The notes beneath the pieces were generated by a model. That model was not told the DNA's origin. It made no database searches and worked only from the letters and a program-made list of their open reading frames with translations. Made by a program: the position numbers and the translations under genes. From Actinomycetota bacterium (GTDB taxonomy: Bacteria; Actinomycetota; Acidimicrobiia; IMCC26256; PALSA-610), in the NCBI GenBank assembly GCA_005772765.1, contig SXIR01000170.1, positions 1-58,975 on the forward strand: DNA of 58,975 bases, written 5' to 3'. Every line of letters starts with the position of its first letter. Position 1 is the first letter of the stretch. This document shows, piece by piece, positions 28,401 through 37,860 of the stretch.

Positions 28401-28786
28401 GGCTCTACGACGACCTTCGCCTGACCGGCGCTGCGGTCAACACGCACTACGGGCTGGTCAGCACCAATACCCTCACCATCACCGACCCGCTCAGTCCCTT
28501 GGCCGCCGGCCTGTCGGGGTCAGTGCAGTTCCTCGCAGCGGCGGCGTCGGTCGGTTGGGGTGTGCCGGGCGGGGCCGGCGGTCAGGCCGTCGCCTCGACC
28601 CCCGCCGGTCCGGGGATCTTCCACTATCTGCCAGGGAGCATGATGTTCGGGGGCAACGTCGCGGCCGGTTGCCGCCTGGCGTTGCCGCTCGACAACGACG
28701 CAGTCGCGCAACTCAGCACCGATGGATGGTCGCTCTTCGATGCCTCGGTTGCCTGGACCCTTTCGACGCCGTGTGATCTGACATGA
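25448..28786 (+). CDS. Large secreted protein: beta-propeller + 2 PA14 domains + C-terminal alpha/beta domain
   Basis: Signal peptide; 'YVGG.F' propeller blades; 'TDDGVRLWVDG..VIDDW' and 'SDDGVRLRVDG..IDEW' PA14 motifs. Confidence 0.8.
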   Translation: MRGVRGVSRFAARASAIAIVAVLVAGSGAASAVNYPQDSVVGTNPIDTTPYVMNGKVLAIAKYGDTIVVGGNFSNVRNWNSATDIARTHLFAFSESTGQVIAGFNPSLTGEVQTLAISADGQWVYVGGYFTHVNGVAQRGITKISLASATRDPNFTGYLNDGVVNDLALVGSRVYVVGTFTAVGNVPKLKIAAVDATTGATSDEIQLSVTDPRKGANAWVRKMDVSPDGTKLVLIGNFLTVGGQSRNQVAMIDLATTPDTVSTWSTPNYADTCSNSFETYMREIDFSPNGSYFVIVTTGAFGLNKMCDSAARYETVSTPNQQYSWIAFTGGDTFFSVAVTNAAVYIGGHQRWMNNAYAGDTPAAGAVDRPGIAAVDPATGSVLSWNPTRERGVGAFALLATDSRLYVGSDTNLIGGEWHPRLAALPLAGGTANPQPTPVTLPVRVHALDGTPGLNQFWFDGAHSASLGLAATANDWSTTRAVFQDAGSVYSVGSDNRLHRAGFDGASTSGDVDLYTLANYVVLPSNFGTSIDEVAYLGGRLFYTRSGSSQLKWRWFSLESGIVGSYEYTATTESVSNWEGVEAANGRLYYSTSDGRLYSVTPAANGSVSLANATLVEGQGSAARWALLDDFFFTPTAEPAPGAVPPCAVGEFWTSYFDGTAFDTLDTQRCETEAVHVDGEPPGTNVGSTDLTISWDGVFDLGAGDWTFTTITDDGVRLWVDGTLVIDDWNFQAAQQNVAIVTLNAGLHRVHMEYFQGGGPGEASLSIDGDVPIVCSPSEWRAEYFANTTLSGDPDTERCEATVPDVIFGLDAPVGTTVGVDGFSARWTATMQVAAAETYRFTTTSDDGVRLRVDGALVIDEWHAVVAPETHTVDLALTAGDHAVVLEYHDVVDHAEVQLGWVALPPPPDVAMVVPSPATLSAGELAVRNRLEAQGATVTVVDDNVVTSAIANGYDLVYVSGRVVSGTVNTKLNATLAPVVVARLWLYDDLRLTGAAVNTHYGLVSTNTLTITDPLSPLAAGLSGSVQFLAAAASVGWGVPGGAGGQAVASTPAGPGIFHYLPGSMMFGGNVAAGCRLALPLDNDAVAQLSTDGWSLFDASVAWTLSTPCDLT

Positions 28787-30516
28787 CCGACGAACACGCC
28801 CGAGTCGATGTCGGCTCGATCGAAGACCCCATTTCCACCGTCTCGCCGGATTTGACGCAAACGCGAGCATCTGCATGGCGTGAGCGATATACTCCCGAAC
28901 GGAGCGGAGGCCAGGCGGTCGTTTCCGGTGTCGATCGATCAAGCGATCGCGTCGGTGCTGTACGACCCGTCCAGATTGGCGCCGCAAGGGCGGGATTTGG
29001 AGGGGCAGTGGGGCGGATGCCGTCGGCGACGTTGTCGACCGGAACCGGACAAAACGTCGAGCCGCGCGCCGGTTCGGCACGAGAACCGCGATCGATGCTC
29101 TTCGCAGTGTTGGTGGGGCTCGACTCGCTGGCAGCGCTGTTCGCGTGGACCTTGGCGTATTCGGTCGTCGCGGTGCCCAGCCGTGGCGTCGGCGGTGTGG
29201 GGCATCTCGTGCTCACGCTGGCGTTGAGCGCGATCACCCTGGTGATGTGCGCGACCCAAGCGTTGTATCGAGCCCGAACTTCGGTGGTGCGCTCGGTCGA
29301 GACGTTGGCGTTGTTGCGAGCGAGCGCATCGACCGGTGTGGTCGCGCTCGCCGCGGGTCAGGTGTTCGAGTCGATCACGCTGGCCGTCGCCGTGACCGGT
29401 GCGGTCGCGAGCTTCGTGACGTTGCGCCTCGGCCGGAGCGCGTTCACCTCGTGGGTCGCAGGTCAACGCCGGCGCGGTCACTTCGTCCGCAGCGTGATTC
29501 TCATCGGCGCGAACGAGGAAGCCGCGCGCATCGCCGGGATTCTTCGTGACCACCCCGAAGTCGGGTACTCGATTGCCGGCGTTGCCGGAGACCGCGACGA
29601 GTATCAGGATGCGGGCTTCGTCGAGCCGTGGGTCGGTCCGGTCGCGGCGGCGTTGTTCGCCGCACGAGCGCAGTCGGTGACCGGCTGCATCATCGCACCC
29701 ACCGCCGTCGACGCAGCCTCGTCGAATCGGCTTGCTCGCGAGATGCTGGCGCAGGGGTTCCACGTCCAAATGACGTCGGGTCTCTCACGAGTCGATCACC
29801 GACGGCTGCGCGTGCAGCACATGATGCACGAACCCATCATCTACGTGGAACCGGCCAACGCCCCGCGGTGGGCCCGCATCGCCAAACGCGCCATCGACGT
29901 TGTCGTCGCCGGTACGACGTTGGTCTTCGTTGCCCCGGTGCTCGCAGCGGTCGCGCTCGCAGTGCGACTCTCCAGCCCAGGTCCGATCATCTTCCGCCAA
30001 CAGCGAGTCGGGCGTCACGGCGAGTTGTTCACGGTCTACAAGTTCCGCACGATGGTGGCCGACGCCGAAGACCAGCTCGAAGAACTCATCGAGCACAACC
30101 AGCGAAGCGGACCGCTGTTCAAGCTCGCGCGCGATCCGCGGGTCACGCCGATGGGTGGATTGCTGCGCAAGACCAGCCTCGACGAACTGCCGCAGTTGTT
30201 CAATGTCTTGCACGGCGAAATGAGCCTGGTCGGGCCGCGACCGGCGCTCGAGACGGAAGTCGCCGAGTTCGACGACGAACTACGCGGCCGCCTTTCGATG
30301 CTGCCGGGAATTACCGGACTGTGGCAGATCGAAGCCCGCGACAACCCGTCGTTCGACGCCTACCGCCGCCTCGATCTCTTCTACGTCGAGAACTGGTCGA
30401 TCGGGCTCGACCTCGTGATCCTCGGCCGTACCGCGTTCGCCGTCGGCGCGCGTGCACTTCGCATGCTCCTCCCACGTCGACGAGGCGATGTGTCGATGAC
30501 CGCAACCCTCGACTGA
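28783..30516 (+). CDS. Priming polyprenyl glycosylphosphotransferase (bacterial sugar transferase)
   Basis: 'KRAIDV', 'KFRTM', 'DPRVT', 'SLDELPQLFNVLHGEMSLVGPRP', 'PGITGLWQ'. Confidence 0.93.
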   Translation: MTDEHARVDVGSIEDPISTVSPDLTQTRASAWRERYTPERSGGQAVVSGVDRSSDRVGAVRPVQIGAARAGFGGAVGRMPSATLSTGTGQNVEPRAGSAREPRSMLFAVLVGLDSLAALFAWTLAYSVVAVPSRGVGGVGHLVLTLALSAITLVMCATQALYRARTSVVRSVETLALLRASASTGVVALAAGQVFESITLAVAVTGAVASFVTLRLGRSAFTSWVAGQRRRGHFVRSVILIGANEEAARIAGILRDHPEVGYSIAGVAGDRDEYQDAGFVEPWVGPVAAALFAARAQSVTGCIIAPTAVDAASSNRLAREMLAQGFHVQMTSGLSRVDHRRLRVQHMMHEPIIYVEPANAPRWARIAKRAIDVVVAGTTLVFVAPVLAAVALAVRLSSPGPIIFRQQRVGRHGELFTVYKFRTMVADAEDQLEELIEHNQRSGPLFKLARDPRVTPMGGLLRKTSLDELPQLFNVLHGEMSLVGPRPALETEVAEFDDELRGRLSMLPGITGLWQIEARDNPSFDAYRRLDLFYVENWSIGLDLVILGRTAFAVGARALRMLLPRRRGDVSMTATLD

Positions 30517-30555
30517 CCGTCCTCGCCCGATCCTCGCGACCCGCTCCCGAGCGGT

Positions 30556-30612
30556 CGCGTTGCCAGCCAGTTCGTTGCCAGCCAGATCGTTCCCAGCCAG
30601 ATCGTTCCCAGC
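30556..30612. repeat. Intergenic 15-bp tandem repeat, about 4 copies (nncgtt[gc]ccagccag)
   Basis: cgcgttgccagccag/ttcgttgccagccag/atcgttcccagccag/atcgttcccagc. Confidence 0.85.
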
Positions 30613-30638
30613 ACGAGTAAGCACCAAGGAGATCGAGA

Positions 30639-33600
30639 ATGTCCTACCGTCGCCCGGTTGCGGTTGCGCTGTCGGCCGTCGTTGCGATGGGCGCGCTCGT
30701 CGCTCACCCGACGGAGTCCAACGCCGCAGCTGTCACCGAGCGCGTCTCGCTGAGCGCCACGTCGACCCAGGGAACGGGCGGGTCCGTCGATCGCATTGCG
30801 ATGTCGGCCGATGGGCGCTACGTCGCGTTCGACGCCACGATGACCAACCTGGTCACCGGCGACACCAACGCGGTTGCTGATGTGTTCGTTCGCGACCGGG
30901 TGGCGGCAACCACCGTACGGGTGAGCGTGGCGACCGACGGATCGCAGTCGAACGGCTCGAGCACGGCCCCGTCGATCTCGGCCGATGGTCGTTACGTCGC
31001 GTTTCAGTCGCTCGCAAGCAACCTGGTCACCGGCGACACCAACGCCACGACCGACGTCTTCGTGCGTGATCTCCAAGCCGGCATCACGACCCGGGTGAGC
31101 GTCGCCACCGGAGGAACGCAGGGCAACGGCGTCAGCGATCAAGCGTCGATCGCAGGGAACGGCCGTGTTGTCGCGTTTCGCAGCACCGCGACGAACCTCG
31201 CGCCGAACGAGATCTACTCCTGGTCCGACATCTTCGCCCGCGACCTCGACGCGCTGACGACCGAACGGGTCAGCAACACCGACGGCGGTGCGAATGCGAA
31301 CGGCAACAGCCAACTCCCGTCGACGTCGTACGACGGGCGTTACGTGTCGTTCGACACCTACGCCTTCAACATCAACAGCCAGTACGGTGACGCGAACTCA
31401 GCCCGGGACGTCTACCGGCGCGATCGCCAGAGCGCGACCAGCGCGCGCGTGAGCCTCCCCCCGACGGGCGAAGCAAACGCCGACAGCAGCGGTTCTTCCA
31501 TCAGCGCCAATGGGCGGTTCGTCGCGTTCGAGTCGGTCGCCACGAACCTGGTCACGGGCGACACGAATTCGGTCAAGGACGTGTTCGTCCGCGACATCAC
31601 GGCTGCTTCGACGGCGCGCATGAGCGTGAGCTCCACCGGCGTTCAGGGGAACAACCTGAGCGAGCAGGCGACGATCAGTTCGTCCGGCCGGGCGGTCGGC
31701 TTCCGAACCCTTGCGACCAACCTGTTCACCGGCGACACCAACAACCAGTCCGACACCGTCGTGCGCGACCGGTACCTGTCCGTGACGACAAACGGGTCTG
31801 TTACCAGTGCGGGAACGCTCCCGAACAGCGCGTCCGGTCGACCGGTGCTGTCGTCCGACGGGCGCTACGTCGCGTTTCGCAGTGTGGGCACCAACGTTGT
31901 CAGCGGCGACACCAACGGCCAGGCCGACGCGTTTGTCCGCGATCGTGACCTCCTCGCAACGCCCGATCTCCTCCTGACGGCGACAGACACCAGTGACCCG
32001 ACGCAGCTCGGCGCCGAGACGACGCTCGACTTCACGACGCGCAACCTCGGAACCGCCGCAGCGACCGAGGTGGTGCTGACGGTCACACTCGATCCCGGTA
32101 CCGCGTTCGCCTCGGCCGCCGCCGGATGCTCTGAAACCGGGGGTGTCGTCACGTGCACGATCGGCAGCCTGGCTGCGGGACTCAGCGCGACGAGAACCAT
32201 CACGGTGGTCGCCGCTGATCCCGGGTCGTTCGTCACCTCGGGTTCGGTCGTCGCAGAAGAGACCGAAGTGAGCACGGCGAACAACACCGCGGCCGAATCG
32301 ACGAACGTGGTGCAACCCGACCTGCTGCTCAGCGGCTCGCTCGGGCCGGATCCGGTCGTCGTCTCCGAGACGCTGTCGGCGCAGTTCACTGTTGTAAACC
32401 AAGGTGCAGGGACGGCGCCCGATTCGACGCTCGACGTGGTCGTCACCGGCGACGTTGCGATCACTGCGGCCATTCCGGGTGACGGTTCGTGTTCGATCGC
32501 GGCCGAATCGGTCAGCTGTGCCCTCGGCGCGATCCTCCCGGGCGCGGCTGTGACGGTCGACATCGACCTCGTTCCCAACTCGACGGCTCCGATTGCGTTT
32601 GAGGCGATGACCGCGACAAGTGGTGTCGACGCGATGAGTGCCAACAACGAGATCGGGTTGGGAGCCGGCGTCGTCCAGCCCGACCTTTCGGTTGCGGTGA
32701 CCGATCGTGCCGATCCCGTGGCCCGGCTCACTTTGTTGGAGTACGAGATCGTGGTCACCAATCACGGCGACGGCGTCGCGCGTTCGGTCTCGATCTCGAA
32801 TCCGGTTCCGGCGTCCACGACGTTCGCGGCGGTGACGACGGACGTCGGGTCGTGCGGCGAAGCGGACGGCGTCGTGGACTGCGCACTCGGTGATCTCGCG
32901 GTCGGCGCAACGGCGACTGTCGTGCTCGGGGTTGTCCCGAACAGCATCGGGACCGTCACCAACGAAGCCACGGTGACGACCACAGGAATCGAAGCGTCGC
33001 TGCTCGACAACACCGCCTCGGCCACCACGACGATCACGAACGAGCCGGAGCCGAACCTGCGCGTCGTTGTCTCGGATCTTGCCGACCCGGTGCGGGTGAG
33101 CGAGCCCATGTTGGTGCAAATCGCGGTCGACAACCTCGGTACCGCCTCGGCGACTGGTGTCGAGCTCGATGTGTCGCTCCCTGCGCCCTACGTCAGCGCC
33201 GTTGCGTCGCAGGGCGCGTGTGTGCTCGTCGACGTGACGCTGGAGTGCGACCTCGCGATGTTGGCTCCGGGAGCCGGTGTCGTCGTCGACGTCGAACTCG
33301 ATCCCGACCTCGAGACGCTGTTGACGACCGCGGCGGTGGTGACATCGGTCGAGACCGACTTCGACCCGAGCGACAACAACGCGACCGAAACAACACTCAT
33401 CGGCGAGCCTCGGCTCGCGCTCGCTGCGAGCACGGACCCGAGCGACACGCTGCTGGGTTCGGTGCGCACGGCTGTGCTGACCGTCACGAACGGCGGCACC
33501 GCGCCGGCCGACGGCGTCACCCTGACGCTGACACCTCCCGCCGGCGCGGTGCAGTCGATGACATCGGCTGCGGGTACGTGCGAACTCGCAACCGTCACCT

Positions 33601-35645
33601 GCACCCTCGGGACGTTGGCGCCCGGCGCGGCCCCCGAAGTCGAGTTCGTGATGTTCCCGGAAGCGACGGGTGCACAGTCCATCGATGGCGCCGTCGCGGC
33701 GACGCAGGTCGAATCGGACACGACCGACAACACGGCGTCGGCAGCATTCACTGTGATCGCGCCGGACCTTGTTGTCACCGCATCGGACGCTCCGGACCCC
33801 GTGGATCTCGGTCAGTCGATCACCGTTTCGGCGACGGTTGCGAACACCGGCACCGCAGCTGCGTCCTCGGTGACGGCAGCAGTGCCGATCCCGAGCAACG
33901 GCACGATTACCGCGATCACTGCGCCCGTCGGAACGTGCTCGGTGAACGGCGACGGCTCGGCGCTCTGCACGCTCGACGACCTCGCAGTCGGCGCAGTGAT
34001 CCCGATGACGGTCACCGTCTCCCCGCTGGCCAAGGGCACGACCGCGGTGCTCGTCGTCGGGGCAACGACTGGAGTGCAGCCCGACGTCGACAACGACGCG
34101 GCAGCGACCTCGACGCTCGTGCGGGCCCCCGATCTCGTCGTTTCGATCGTGGACACCGTCGATCCGCGTGCGGTCGGTCAGAACATCTGGTACACCGCGA
34201 CGGTTCGCAACGACGGCGACATCGCGGCCACGGGTGTCCAGCTCGCGATGGCGCTACCGGCGGGAACGACCTTTGGTTCTGCGTTCTGGTCGGGTGGTCC
34301 GTGTCCGAGCGACGGCGCCGACGCCCGCTGCACGATGGGAACTATTTCGCCGGGTCAAACCGTGACCGCGACCCTCGGAGTCGTCGCAGTGACGGAGGGA
34401 ACGACGACCACCCAAGCAGTGGCAACCTCGACCAACGTCGATGCCAACCTGGCGAACAACACCGAGGGCGAAACGACCAAGGTCACGCTGCTGTCGGAGT
34501 TCCCGGACAACACGTACCAGACCAACGGCAAGGTCGACGCGATCGTCTACTCCGGCAACGTCGTCTACTTGGCCGGATCGTTCACGAGCGTCCGACCGAA
34601 GGGCGCAGCGCTCGGGGTCAACGAAGTCGCCCGCAACGGGCTGGCCGCGTTCGACGTCACCACCGGCGCGGTGTTGCCCTGGAATCCCGCCCCGAACGGA
34701 CTCGTCAACGCGATTGCGGTGAGCGACGACGGCGCAACGGTCTACGTCGGTGGGCTGTTCACGAGCATCGGCGGCCAGACCCGACTCCGGCTGGCGGCAC
34801 TGTCGGCCGCGACGGGATCGGCGACCGGTTGGAACCCGGCTCCCGACGGCGAGGTTCGTGCGCTCGCATTGGCGCCCGGCGGCGTGATCTACGTCGGTGG
34901 GTTCTTCGGTGTCGTCGCCGGCCAGCCACGTCGCAAGTTGGCTGCGGTGTCGACCGCGACCGGCGCGGCGGTGGCGGGATGGGACCCGGTGTTCACCTAC
35001 CCGAACAAGGAAAACCTCAACGTGGTCGCCGCGCTAGCGGTCGAGCCCGACGGATCCGCCGTGTACGCCGGGGGCTTGTTCCAATACGTCGATGGTGTGT
35101 TCCACAACTCGGTGGTCAAGCTCGACGGCGCCACCGGATCGGTGGTTGACCCGTGGAATCCGGGACTCGAGGTGAAGAACAACCGCTTCGAAACCAACGT
35201 CTACGAGCTCGTTGTCAGCGGAACGAAGTTGTTCGTCTGCGGGGACTGGTACCGAGTCGGGGGAGTGATCTCGCCGAACCTCGTCGCCGTCGACACCGTG
35301 CTCGGAAGCAAGCGCACCGACTGGATCGCGACGACCGACGGTGCCGTGAACGCCTGCACCGTGTCCGGCCGTCGTCTCTATATCGGTGGCCACTTCGACC
35401 GAGCCGGCGGAGCGAACGCCGACGGTCGCCAGAACCCGAGCCCGACGGGCGCGCCCCGGCAACACATCGCCGCGCTCGACCTGGTCGACGGTGCGCTCGA
35501 TGCATGGAACCCGGGCGCCGACTCGGTGGAAGGCGTCTACGCACTGGATGCTGCGGGGAACAAGCTCGGGGTCGGCGGGGTCTTCGCCAAGATCGGGAAT
35601 TGGACCGCGCAGCAGGGCTTCGGGCAGTTCAACGGCACGCCCTGA
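30639..35645 (+). CDS. Large secreted adhesin-like protein: TolB/PD40-like propeller + 7 DUF11-type Ig repeats + C-terminal propeller
   Basis: Repeated 'SADGRYVAF.S.A.NLV.GDTN..DVFVRD'; seven 'P[DNR]L.....D..DP' Ig units; C-terminal 'YVGG.F..W.P' blades; RBS aaggag. Confidence 0.85.
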   Translation: MSYRRPVAVALSAVVAMGALVAHPTESNAAAVTERVSLSATSTQGTGGSVDRIAMSADGRYVAFDATMTNLVTGDTNAVADVFVRDRVAATTVRVSVATDGSQSNGSSTAPSISADGRYVAFQSLASNLVTGDTNATTDVFVRDLQAGITTRVSVATGGTQGNGVSDQASIAGNGRVVAFRSTATNLAPNEIYSWSDIFARDLDALTTERVSNTDGGANANGNSQLPSTSYDGRYVSFDTYAFNINSQYGDANSARDVYRRDRQSATSARVSLPPTGEANADSSGSSISANGRFVAFESVATNLVTGDTNSVKDVFVRDITAASTARMSVSSTGVQGNNLSEQATISSSGRAVGFRTLATNLFTGDTNNQSDTVVRDRYLSVTTNGSVTSAGTLPNSASGRPVLSSDGRYVAFRSVGTNVVSGDTNGQADAFVRDRDLLATPDLLLTATDTSDPTQLGAETTLDFTTRNLGTAAATEVVLTVTLDPGTAFASAAAGCSETGGVVTCTIGSLAAGLSATRTITVVAADPGSFVTSGSVVAEETEVSTANNTAAESTNVVQPDLLLSGSLGPDPVVVSETLSAQFTVVNQGAGTAPDSTLDVVVTGDVAITAAIPGDGSCSIAAESVSCALGAILPGAAVTVDIDLVPNSTAPIAFEAMTATSGVDAMSANNEIGLGAGVVQPDLSVAVTDRADPVARLTLLEYEIVVTNHGDGVARSVSISNPVPASTTFAAVTTDVGSCGEADGVVDCALGDLAVGATATVVLGVVPNSIGTVTNEATVTTTGIEASLLDNTASATTTITNEPEPNLRVVVSDLADPVRVSEPMLVQIAVDNLGTASATGVELDVSLPAPYVSAVASQGACVLVDVTLECDLAMLAPGAGVVVDVELDPDLETLLTTAAVVTSVETDFDPSDNNATETTLIGEPRLALAASTDPSDTLLGSVRTAVLTVTNGGTAPADGVTLTLTPPAGAVQSMTSAAGTCELATVTCTLGTLAPGAAPEVEFVMFPEATGAQSIDGAVAATQVESDTTDNTASAAFTVIAPDLVVTASDAPDPVDLGQSITVSATVANTGTAAASSVTAAVPIPSNGTITAITAPVGTCSVNGDGSALCTLDDLAVGAVIPMTVTVSPLAKGTTAVLVVGATTGVQPDVDNDAAATSTLVRAPDLVVSIVDTVDPRAVGQNIWYTATVRNDGDIAATGVQLAMALPAGTTFGSAFWSGGPCPSDGADARCTMGTISPGQTVTATLGVVAVTEGTTTTQAVATSTNVDANLANNTEGETTKVTLLSEFPDNTYQTNGKVDAIVYSGNVVYLAGSFTSVRPKGAALGVNEVARNGLAAFDVTTGAVLPWNPAPNGLVNAIAVSDDGATVYVGGLFTSIGGQTRLRLAALSAATGSATGWNPAPDGEVRALALAPGGVIYVGGFFGVVAGQPRRKLAAVSTATGAAVAGWDPVFTYPNKENLNVVAALAVEPDGSAVYAGGLFQYVDGVFHNSVVKLDGATGSVVDPWNPGLEVKNNRFETNVYELVVSGTKLFVCGDWYRVGGVISPNLVAVDTVLGSKRTDWIATTDGAVNACTVSGRRLYIGGHFDRAGGANADGRQNPSPTGAPRQHIAALDLVDGALDAWNPGADSVEGVYALDAAGNKLGVGGVFAKIGNWTAQQGFGQFNGTP

Positions 35646-35671
35646 TCCGAGCCCATCACGCGATGTCGAAT

Positions 35672-35703
35672 CGGGAGGGGCCGAAGAAACCCGGCCCTTC
35701 TCG
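35672..35703 (+). terminator. GC-rich hairpin after the DUF11 gene
   Basis: cgggaggggccg-aagaaacc-cggcccttctcg (with G-U pairs); no strong U tract. Confidence 0.45.
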
Positions 35704-35942
35704 GTGAATTCTTCACTCATCGTGGCTGAAGGGCCGCGAATCGGTCACGTAGCGTCACGGATGGGCTCGCGCGACCCTCTAGGGTCGCCGCTCGACCACG
35801 CAATGTGACTACCGCCTCAAGTCGGGCGGGTGGTTGTCCGATAGAGACCCTGGGTTTGGAGCGTTCGACCGGTCGGGACACCGGTGGAACCTCGATGGGG
35901 CGGGCAGTCCAGTTGCGGATGGCCCACAGGAGTGTCAAACAG

Positions 35943-37583
35943 ATGCGTTCCACCCGTCGTCGTCAAATCAGAGCTGCGCTGTTGCTCGCCGTCGCCTCAG
36001 TCGGTGTTGCCTCAACGCTGCACCAGCCCAGTGCCGAGGCCGGAGGGAACGGTCGTTCTGGCAAGTTCGTGCCCGCCGAAGGCGCCTTGTTGGGGCTGTG
36101 GTCACGTCGCGGTGACATGACCCAGGCCAACGTGAAGGCCAACATCACGAACAAAGAGACCCAGCTCGGGCGCAAGCTCGACATCGACCACCACTTCTAC
36201 AAGTGGGAGGCGACCCTTCCGTCGTGGAAGGAGACCTGGGACATCAGCAACGGCCGGACGCCGATGATCGCCTGGTCAGTGGTGAACACGCTCGATGTCA
36301 ACGCCGGCGCGTGGGACACCCACATCCGTAACAACGCCCGGGGCTTGAAGGCGCTCAACCACCCAGTGTTCCTCCGCTGGTTCTGGGAGCCGGAGTGGAC
36401 GCAGCGCACGGCGCTGACCAACGGTTACGCCGAGTATCAGAAGGCGTGGCGCCGCATCCACAACATCTTCCAGCAGGAGGGTGCGACGAACGTCGCGTTC
36501 GTCTACTGCGCAACTGCCTGGGGCTTTGTCACCGGGACCGCGCAGAGCTACTACCCCGGTGACGCGTACGTCGACTGGGTGTGCTCCGACGGCTACAACT
36601 GGGCACCCGGCAAGCCCGGTTCGAAATGGGAGAGCTTCGAGAAGATCTTCCGCCCGACGCACGACTTCGCGGTCGCCCACAACAAGCCGATGATGGCTGG
36701 TGAAATCGGTGCGCAAGAAGGTGCTGCCGGTCAGAAGGGTGCCTGGTTCACCGAGGCTCGCGAGCAAGTGAAGTCGTCGTTCCCGAACCTCGCAGCGTTC
36801 GTCTACTACGACGAGGACCGCAGCATGTATGCCGGTGAGTTCAACTGGGAACTCGACACGTCGACCTCGTCACTCAACGGATGGATCGGGCTCGGTCGCG
36901 ACCCCTACTTCAACACGAAGGCCGGTCCGGTCCCGACCACGACCACCGCCGCTCCGACGACGACTGCGGCGCCGACCACGACGGCCCAGCCGACCACGAC
37001 CACGGCGCCTCCGCCGCCGCCTCCCTCAACGGTGTTCGCCGATGACTTCGAGGGCACGGCGCTGTCCGCCTGGACTCGCTCGGCCAAGGCGACGCAGAGC
37101 ACCACGCATGCACAGGCCGGTGGAAAGGGCGTCGTTGTCACGACCTCGAACGGTGGTGCGTACCTCGCAAAGACGCTGTCGTCGAGCAAGGCTGGCGTCA
37201 CCGTCGACATGTGGATCAAGGTGCTCCAGCGCCCGAGCGTCGGATCCTCGCTTGTCCACTTGCGAGACGGATCGGGTACTGGTCTCATCAGTGTCAACCT
37301 CCGGCCCAGCGGGGAGGTGGTCATCCGTGACCCAGCCACTGGCCAGATGACCTACTCCGGTTCCATCGTGCCCAACGGCTCCTGGCAACGCCTCACCCTG
37401 TTCTTCAACAGCACCGGTGGCACGGCGACGGTGGCGCTCAACGGTGCCGCAGTTCCCGGGCTCACGGTGTCGGGTGGCGGTTGGGTCGGCGGCAACGTCG
37501 CCTCGATCGAACTCGGCGACGTCGGCGGGCAGCGGGAAGCGAAGAGTTTCAGCTTCGCCTTCGACACGTTGACGGTGATGTAG
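35943..37583 (+). CDS. Secreted glycoside hydrolase family 26 + Pro/Thr linker + lectin-like domain
   Basis: 'FLRWFWEP', 'YYPGDAYVDWVCSDGYNW', 'KPMMAGEIG'; PTTT linker; 'FADDFE' beta-sandwich. Confidence 0.85.
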   Translation: MRSTRRRQIRAALLLAVASVGVASTLHQPSAEAGGNGRSGKFVPAEGALLGLWSRRGDMTQANVKANITNKETQLGRKLDIDHHFYKWEATLPSWKETWDISNGRTPMIAWSVVNTLDVNAGAWDTHIRNNARGLKALNHPVFLRWFWEPEWTQRTALTNGYAEYQKAWRRIHNIFQQEGATNVAFVYCATAWGFVTGTAQSYYPGDAYVDWVCSDGYNWAPGKPGSKWESFEKIFRPTHDFAVAHNKPMMAGEIGAQEGAAGQKGAWFTEAREQVKSSFPNLAAFVYYDEDRSMYAGEFNWELDTSTSSLNGWIGLGRDPYFNTKAGPVPTTTTAAPTTTAAPTTTAQPTTTTAPPPPPPSTVFADDFEGTALSAWTRSAKATQSTTHAQAGGKGVVVTTSNGGAYLAKTLSSSKAGVTVDMWIKVLQRPSVGSSLVHLRDGSGTGLISVNLRPSGEVVIRDPATGQMTYSGSIVPNGSWQRLTLFFNSTGGTATVALNGAAVPGLTVSGGGWVGGNVASIELGDVGGQREAKSFSFAFDTLTVM

Positions 37584-37658
37584 CGCCACGGCACCATCGA
37601 CCCGCCGGGGCGGCGCACTGCCGCCTCATGCAAATGGGTCAGCGCTCGAGTTGCTGAT

Positions 37659-37690
37659 GAGTTCGCCCCGCCGATTGGCGGGGCGAACTC
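37659..37690. terminator. Perfect 14-bp stem-loop
   Basis: gagttcgccccgcc-gatt-ggcggggcgaactc between GH26 and the wzz-like gene. Confidence 0.65.
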
Positions 37691-37860
37691 GCGCGTAACG
37701 CGAGGTCGATCGCGCTGACGGTCACACTGCCGGGACGGAACCCAAACAGATTCCTTGGAAATCACTCGTTCACGACGATGAAGTTTTCGCGCGAACTGTC
37801 CGGCCGACGGGACAGTTGCGACACGACCCCGATACTCTCGACCGCTCTCGAGGAGCGACC

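Noticed and set aside
30556-30612. CRISPR array
   Set aside because: Units are contiguous 15-mers without spacers and there are no cas genes
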